A stretch of DNA of 64,000 nucleotides, taken from the NCBI RefSeq assembly GCF_041305605.1, contig NZ_JBFYLB010000170.1, forward strand, positions 3,542-67,541, read 5' to 3'. The notes under the pieces are model-generated. The model made no database searches, had not been told where the DNA came from, and saw only the letters and a list, made by a program, of their open reading frames with translations. Source of the DNA: Methanomethylovorans sp. Its GTDB lineage: Archaea > Halobacteriota > Methanosarcinia > Methanosarcinales > Methanosarcinaceae. The first letter of the stretch is position 1. Every line of letters begins with the position of its first letter. Shown here in pieces: positions 58,883 through 64,000 of this stretch. Position numbers and translations under genes: made by a program.

Positions 58883-59869
58883 ATGATCTATGTCGGAGTG
58901 GACCATGGTACGACAGCAATGAGGTTTGCGGCATTATTTGAAGGAACATATGAACCTGTAAAGCTGGAAATACTACGCACTGATGCAGCTGCCATGTCCG
59001 GAGAACAGATCATAGCTGCCCTTGAGGAAAATTTTGGAGTCGGTAGAACAGAGATCGAAATGATCGCGGTCACCTATTCCATGGGCGACGGTATCACTGC
59101 CATAGAAGATATCCATGCAGTGCAGCATCGAGGTGTGCAAAGTATCGAAGGTGCTGGTCAGAAGACCGGAGGAGGGTCAAAGGTCTTTGATGCCATACAG
59201 AACTCCGGCATACCTGCGGTAGTGATTCCGGGCATCCACGAAGGTAGCAACACTGATCCCAGAATGAATATCTTTTCCCATTCCACCAGCCCGGAAAAGA
59301 TAGGCATTGCATACCACGCCTTTTGTAAAGGCTTTCAGGATTTCGTGCTCTCTGACATCAGTTCGAACACGGTGACCCTGGGAGTGGCAAAGGGTCGGAT
59401 CATAGGAGCTATAGATGCCTGCATATTTGCTCCCGGCCTGCGCCACGGACCATTGGATGTCCGGGCTATCCGCGATGTGGACCAGGATAAGAAGAGTGCT
59501 AATGAAGCATTCACCGATACTGGCGTGCTCAAAAGAGCAGGTTATGCTGATCGGTATGAGCTAATTGATGCTGCCGGCAGAAAAGAACCGCAGGCCTTGC
59601 TTGCACTTGATACACTGGCACTGTTTGCTTCAATGGAAATAGCCAGCATACAGATTCTATTGAAGGATTACGGTGTGCATGGAGATGTATTCGTTGAAGG
59701 TTCGGTAGCTGAGATACCTTACGTTGTTGAAAAGATAGAACATCATCTTGGTATGCAAAGCCATGTACTTGACAGATGGAGCGCTGCTATTGGCTGTGCG
59801 GAAATGGCCAGGGATATTGCAAAGGGCGCAAGGGAGATACTTGGTCTGCAAGTGAAGTTCGCGCTGTGA
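58883..59869 (+). CDS. Methanogenesis marker protein 12 (UPF0285, ASKHA/BadF-like ATPase fold)
   Basis: MIYVGVDHGTTAMRFA actin-like phosphate-1 motif, YSMGDG and VIPGIHE blocks, as remembered for marker 12. Confidence 0.7.
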   Translation: MIYVGVDHGTTAMRFAALFEGTYEPVKLEILRTDAAAMSGEQIIAALEENFGVGRTEIEMIAVTYSMGDGITAIEDIHAVQHRGVQSIEGAGQKTGGGSKVFDAIQNSGIPAVVIPGIHEGSNTDPRMNIFSHSTSPEKIGIAYHAFCKGFQDFVLSDISSNTVTLGVAKGRIIGAIDACIFAPGLRHGPLDVRAIRDVDQDKKSANEAFTDTGVLKRAGYADRYELIDAAGRKEPQALLALDTLALFASMEIASIQILLKDYGVHGDVFVEGSVAEIPYVVEKIEHHLGMQSHVLDRWSAAIGCAEMARDIAKGAREILGLQVKFAL

Positions 59870-59906
59870 AGACAGGCATATATGAAAAGACAAGCCATCG
59901 AACATA

Positions 59907-60230
59907 TTGGGATCTAACGTCAAATTCACTACTGAAGATAATAAAAAGACGGGGACTTTCCTTACGGATGCCGAAGATATGGTGATGCTGGAACCCGGAG
60001 AGGGCCCTGGAGTATCACCTCTGTGTGAACTTACCACACATCATCTGCAACTGCATATTGCTGTAGAAAGTGATGAGCCCGACAAAGAGAGTGAATATTT
60101 TGCGAGTAACGGAACCAGGTTCATCGAAAACTGTCCTGTTACCCTTTCCGGAGACAAACTTATCGTTTTGAATGATCCATGGGGAAACTGCATTCAACTT
60201 GTGAAAAGAAACAAGGAATCTAATGAATGA
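59907..60230 (+). CDS. VOC (glyoxalase/bleomycin-resistance fold) protein; the N-terminus appears frameshifted
   Basis: The C-terminus LIVLNDPWGNCIQLV is the VOC DP.GN.IEL motif. The expected N-terminus MKRQAIEHIGI lies in the adjacent frame at 59882-59917. Confidence 0.5.
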   Translation: MGSNVKFTTEDNKKTGTFLTDAEDMVMLEPGEGPGVSPLCELTTHHLQLHIAVESDEPDKESEYFASNGTRFIENCPVTLSGDKLIVLNDPWGNCIQLVKRNKESNE

Positions 60231-60610
60231 CATATAATCCCCAAAATATCCTCCCGTAACCAAGTATTGTTTGTCTTTATTCTTATTTTTATCTGGTGTA
60301 AACGTATGCAAAAGATATTGTAGCCTCTAAAGCTTGGATTCACCAAAACTATATATAAGGAAAGTGTTACCTATTGACAGATTTCTACGTGAATCGACTT
60401 TCACAGATTGTCATGAGAACTTGCTTTATGTATGAAAAATATCAATTGGCATTGAAGACCTATATGTGTACAGGCAGCTGATATAGCAATTGGAGTGGAA
60501 TTGAGTTCAAAGTTAATTACGAAATAACGACAACATCAATATGCTTAAAAATAGACTCTATGTAGAACAGGATTCTGCAAACATGGGAAAGGGTAATTAA
60601 GGGGTATAAT

Positions 60611-62983
60611 ATGAAAATTGCGATCGTTGCACCAAGTCCTGTACCTTTCACTATCGGAGGAGCTGAACTATTGTTCAGTGGGATGCAGGATGCCATTAAC
60701 GATTATACTTCACATCAGTGTGAACTCATAAAATTAACAACTAAAGAAGATAACTTCTGGAGTTTAGTTGAATCTTATTATAAATTCTATCAATTAGATC
60801 TGTCTCATTTTGATATGGTCATTTCGACAAAATACCCTTCCTGGATGGTCAGGCATCGCAATCACATAGTTTACATGGTACATCCATTAAGGGGACTGTA
60901 TGATACATACCATTTGTGCAATGATAATCCGGAGATTCCTGAAGAATTAAAAATAGGACTTGTAAAAGAGATTATTGATATTACTGAAATAAGGATCAAA
61001 AAGCAGAAAAATGTAGAAGATCTGTTCCAAAAATTATTCCAGCTGCAACTAGAACAGGATAAATATGCAAAAGAGATATTCATATTTCCAGGACCATTTA
61101 TAAGAAAAATCATCCATTTCTTTGATCGTTGGGCACTGTCGTATGAAAACACCAGAGAATATTATTCCATATCAGAGAATGTAAAAAGACGACAAGATTA
61201 CTTCCCGCCTTCTGCACGGGTCAATGTCATATACCCTCCTTCAAGAACAGAAGATTTCGAGTGTCGGAGCTTTGAGTACCTCTTTACCGCAAGTAGGCTG
61301 GACAGCCCAAAACGTATACATATGCTTATAGAGGCCATGAAATTTGTTCCGCATAATGTCAAATTAAAGATCGCAGGTGAAGGACCTGAAAAGAACAAAC
61401 TTATGGAACTTGCTGGCGCTGACGAAAGGATAGAATTCCTTGGCTTTGTGACCGAAAGTGAGCTGGTCGACCTATATGCAAATGCCCTTGCGATCCTGTT
61501 CGTTCCTCAGGATGAAGACTATGGTTACATCACCATTGAAGGAATGATGAGTGCCAAACCGGTTATAACTGCACTTGACAGTGGTGGTCCCCTGGAATTT
61601 GTGTCTGATGCAAAAACAGGATTCATAGTCGATCCTGACCCGCAAGAAATAGCAGATAAAATTAATTATTTTGTTGAACATGTGGAAGAAGCCAAAAAAA
61701 TGGGACTTCTTGCAAATGAAAGAGTAAGAAATATCTCATGGAGTAATTTCGTAGCTAAACTGATAGGAGAAAGAGATGTTCGGTTCCTCCGAAAAAAGAA
61801 GATACTTGTATTAGCTACATATTCCTGTTATCCTCCAAGAGGCGGAGGCCAGCAAAGATTATACAATATATACTCCAGACTCGCAAAGAAATTTGATGTA
61901 ACTGTTTGCTCCATAATTGAAAGCGATAAGGACCATCAGAACCTGATCTTAAAAAACGGACTTAAACAAATATGCATTCCCCAGAGCATCGAACATGCAA
62001 GATGCCAGTGGGAAATTGAAGGCAAGACTGGTTTAAATCTATATGATGTGCTCATGATCGATCTTGTGGAGAGATCTAAAAATTACATTGATGAAGTACA
62101 AAGATTAGCCAACGAATCAGACATAATCATATTCCCACACCCATATCTGTTTGTACTGAAAAACGTGGTCGACCTGTCTGAAAAAGTAATAGTCTATGAG
62201 TCTCAGAATGTAGAGTATCTTCTTAAAAAAGACTATGTGGGCACTCACTTCTCAAAGAAAGTATTCGATATTGAGAAAGAAACTGCTGAAAAAGCAGATC
62301 TTGTTTTTACAACTTCTGATGAGGATAAGGAACAGCTGGTACAGTTGTATGCCATTGACCGAAATAAAGTACTTGTAACCCCCAATGGAGTCGATACATC
62401 AAAAATTGATCTGGTCAGCCTGGAAGAGAAGAAGCGCTTGAAAAAAGAGCTAGGCCTCTCAGATTACCATACTATTTTGTTTATTGGTAGCTGGCACCCT
62501 CCAAATTTGGAGGCTTTAAAGTTCATTTTAGATGAAATAACAAATAAGTTTTCCGATTGCATTTTTTTGGTTGTCGGCAGCATAAAACACTATTATATTC
62601 ATGAATACGAAAATTTCCCAAAAAACGTTCTGGCTTTCGGTGTTGTCGATGAAGATGAAAAATATGAACTCTACAAGCTGGCGGACCTTGCCATAAATCC
62701 CATGTTCAGCGGATCAGGAACAAATCTAAAAATGTTAGATTATATGAGCGCAGGCATTCCCACGATCAGCACTCCAATAGGTGCAAGAGGTCTGGATATT
62801 GAAAATGGGAAACATGCTTTGATCTGTTCTGAGGATCAGATCCATGAAAAAATGATCGAGCTGATCAACACAGAAATATTACAAAACAAATTGAGAATAA
62901 ATGCCAGAAATCTTGTCGAATCCAGATATTCATGGGATAGAATTGCAGGATCCATAATATCAAAATTGAAGGAGATCGTTTAA
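60611..62983 (+). CDS. Tandem double glycosyltransferase (two GT4/GT-B modules fused, 790 aa)
   Basis: Both halves start with the GT4 pattern (MKIAIVAPSPVPFTIGGAE; KKILVLATYSCYPPRGGGQQ). Both carry an E-x7-E-like C-terminal region (EDYGYITIEGMMSAKPVI; GSGTNLKMLDYMSAGIPTI). Confidence 0.75.
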   Translation: MKIAIVAPSPVPFTIGGAELLFSGMQDAINDYTSHQCELIKLTTKEDNFWSLVESYYKFYQLDLSHFDMVISTKYPSWMVRHRNHIVYMVHPLRGLYDTYHLCNDNPEIPEELKIGLVKEIIDITEIRIKKQKNVEDLFQKLFQLQLEQDKYAKEIFIFPGPFIRKIIHFFDRWALSYENTREYYSISENVKRRQDYFPPSARVNVIYPPSRTEDFECRSFEYLFTASRLDSPKRIHMLIEAMKFVPHNVKLKIAGEGPEKNKLMELAGADERIEFLGFVTESELVDLYANALAILFVPQDEDYGYITIEGMMSAKPVITALDSGGPLEFVSDAKTGFIVDPDPQEIADKINYFVEHVEEAKKMGLLANERVRNISWSNFVAKLIGERDVRFLRKKKILVLATYSCYPPRGGGQQRLYNIYSRLAKKFDVTVCSIIESDKDHQNLILKNGLKQICIPQSIEHARCQWEIEGKTGLNLYDVLMIDLVERSKNYIDEVQRLANESDIIIFPHPYLFVLKNVVDLSEKVIVYESQNVEYLLKKDYVGTHFSKKVFDIEKETAEKADLVFTTSDEDKEQLVQLYAIDRNKVLVTPNGVDTSKIDLVSLEEKKRLKKELGLSDYHTILFIGSWHPPNLEALKFILDEITNKFSDCIFLVVGSIKHYYIHEYENFPKNVLAFGVVDEDEKYELYKLADLAINPMFSGSGTNLKMLDYMSAGIPTISTPIGARGLDIENGKHALICSEDQIHEKMIELINTEILQNKLRINARNLVESRYSWDRIAGSIISKLKEIV

Positions 62984-62985
62984 AC

Positions 62986-64000
62986 TTGAAAATTGCTTTT
63001 GTTGTTCAGAGATATGGAGAAGATATTGTTGGAGGTGCCGAATACTTCACCAGGCTTGTAGCCGAGAGAATGAGTAAGTACCATGAAATTGAAATTCTTA
63101 CTACCTGTGCAGCAGAATATCATTTCTGGAAAAATGAATATCCTGAAGGTCCTGATGTGCTAAATAAAATTCGCATACATAGATTCACGAACGCGACAAA
63201 AAGAAATCCAAATAAGCATACTAAGATCCAGGAAGCTGTCTATTACTCGACACATAGCGTAAACGATGAGATCTCCTGGATAACTGAACAGGGACCAAAT
63301 TGCCCTGAACTGGTAAAATACATTTCGCAGAACCGGAACAAATATGATTGCTTTGTTTTTTTCACATTCCGATACTATCCGACATATTATGGAATAAAGG
63401 AAGTTGAAAATAGATCACTGATAGTTCCTTTCGCTGAAAATGATCCTGCTCTTGACCTTAGCATAACAAAAGAGATCTTTGAGAGCGCAAGCGGTATTAT
63501 ATATTGCACACCTGAAGAGAAGAAGTTAGTTGAAAGGAAAGTGGATATCAAAAAAGAAAAAGTATCTGATATAGTAGGATGCGGAATCGAAATTCCCGCA
63601 AGTATACCTCACAGTGAAAAACTAGAAAATATGAAATATGTGCTATATATTGGCAGGATAGAAGGGTCAAAAGGTTGTTATCAGTTATTCGAATACTACC
63701 AGAGATTAGTAAAAGAGGTTCCGGACCTTCCCAAACTGGTCCTCGCAGGTTTGGATGCAATAGAAATACCGAAACACAATAAGATCAAATATCTTGGTTT
63801 TATTTCCGAAGATGATAAGTATTCGTTGCTAAAGGATGCAGAATTTTTGATCATGCCTTCACCTTATGAAAGCTTATCTCTGGTGACCCTTGAAGCAATG
63901 GGTTGCGGAATACCCGTATTGGCTAATGGAGAATGCGATGTTTTGAAAGGTCACTGCCTGAGAAGCAATGCGGGTCTTTGGTATCAAAACTATGAGGAAT
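62986..64000 (+). CDS. Glycosyltransferase family 4 (partial, continues beyond the window)
   Basis: Own translation from TTG 62986: LKIAFVVQRYGEDIVGGAEYF...PSPYESLSLVTLEAMGCGIPVLAN (E-x7-E motif). GGAGAT SD upstream. Confidence 0.75.
   Translation, partial: MKIAFVVQRYGEDIVGGAEYFTRLVAERMSKYHEIEILTTCAAEYHFWKNEYPEGPDVLNKIRIHRFTNATKRNPNKHTKIQEAVYYSTHSVNDEISWITEQGPNCPELVKYISQNRNKYDCFVFFTFRYYPTYYGIKEVENRSLIVPFAENDPALDLSITKEIFESASGIIYCTPEEKKLVERKVDIKKEKVSDIVGCGIEIPASIPHSEKLENMKYVLYIGRIEGSKGCYQLFEYYQRLVKEVPDLPKLVLAGLDAIEIPKHNKIKYLGFISEDDKYSLLKDAEFLIMPSPYESLSLVTLEAMGCGIPVLANGECDVLKGHCLRSNAGLWYQNYEE

Noticed and set aside
1-64000. A search by eye for CRISPR arrays, IS or transposase genes, integrases, prophage genes, toxin-antitoxin pairs and known defence systems.
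   Set aside because: No direct-repeat arrays, no transposase, integrase or phage-like ORFs, and no terminal inverted repeats were noticed. Apart from the right-hand glycosyltransferase block, the window is core housekeeping sequence. A computational repeat search could still reveal short dispersed repeats that I cannot see manually.

Overview
The window reads as a dense archaeal chromosome segment, most like a methanogen of the Methanosarcinales. Supporting signs are a methanogen-type SerRS, methanogenesis marker proteins, a PGF-CTERM surface protein, alternative heme pathway genes, SD sequences matching AGGAGGUGAUC, and many TTG/GTG starts. All product calls come from motifs I recognise in the translated ORFs. 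No database search was possible.

Gene content in order:
- Left end: a PurM-like fragment, nifB, and a preQ0/archaeosine operon (queC-DUF366-queE-queD).
- Scattered housekeeping genes: aminotransferase, ArsR-like regulator, DUF523/DUF1722, rps3ae, serS, panE, udg.
- A 7 kb minus-strand operon for UDP-GlcNAc synthesis (two glmU-like genes, glmS, glmM), fused to a RecJ/Cdc45-like DHH gene and a small Pcc1-like gene.
- rps15, then hisS followed by four uncharacterised pilin-like ORFs.
- trpB2, mscS, hel308, hisD, and a tetrapyrrole block (cobA, hemD, NirJ/Ahb radical SAM).
- An oxidative-stress islet: superoxide reductase, a decayed ferritin gene, a DsrE-like gene and, later, a peroxiredoxin.
- valS, a PUA protein, sepF, zpr1, two surface proteins, proS and cobT.
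- An intron-containing tRNA-Trp whose intron is a box C/D guide RNA.
- A REC-PAS regulator.
- The classic archaeal exosome/proteasome superoperon: rpl15e, COG1931-like gene, rnp3, rnp2, psmA, SBDS, rrp4, rrp41, rrp42, rpl37ae, rpoP, Brix, pcc1, pfdB, DHH.
- paaK-like plus ACT, methanogenesis marker 12, and an AT-rich glycosyltransferase island at the right edge.

I saw no CRISPR array, transposase, integrase, prophage or recognisable defence genes.

The most interesting unexplained items:
- The hisS-coupled four-gene pilin-like module.
- Two or three conserved genes whose N-termini have no AUG/GUG/UUG start but carry an AUH codon at SD spacing.
- A ferritin gene with both a 51-codon in-frame deletion and an amber codon.
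- DUF366 embedded in the preQ0 operon.
- A structured leader in front of rpl15e.
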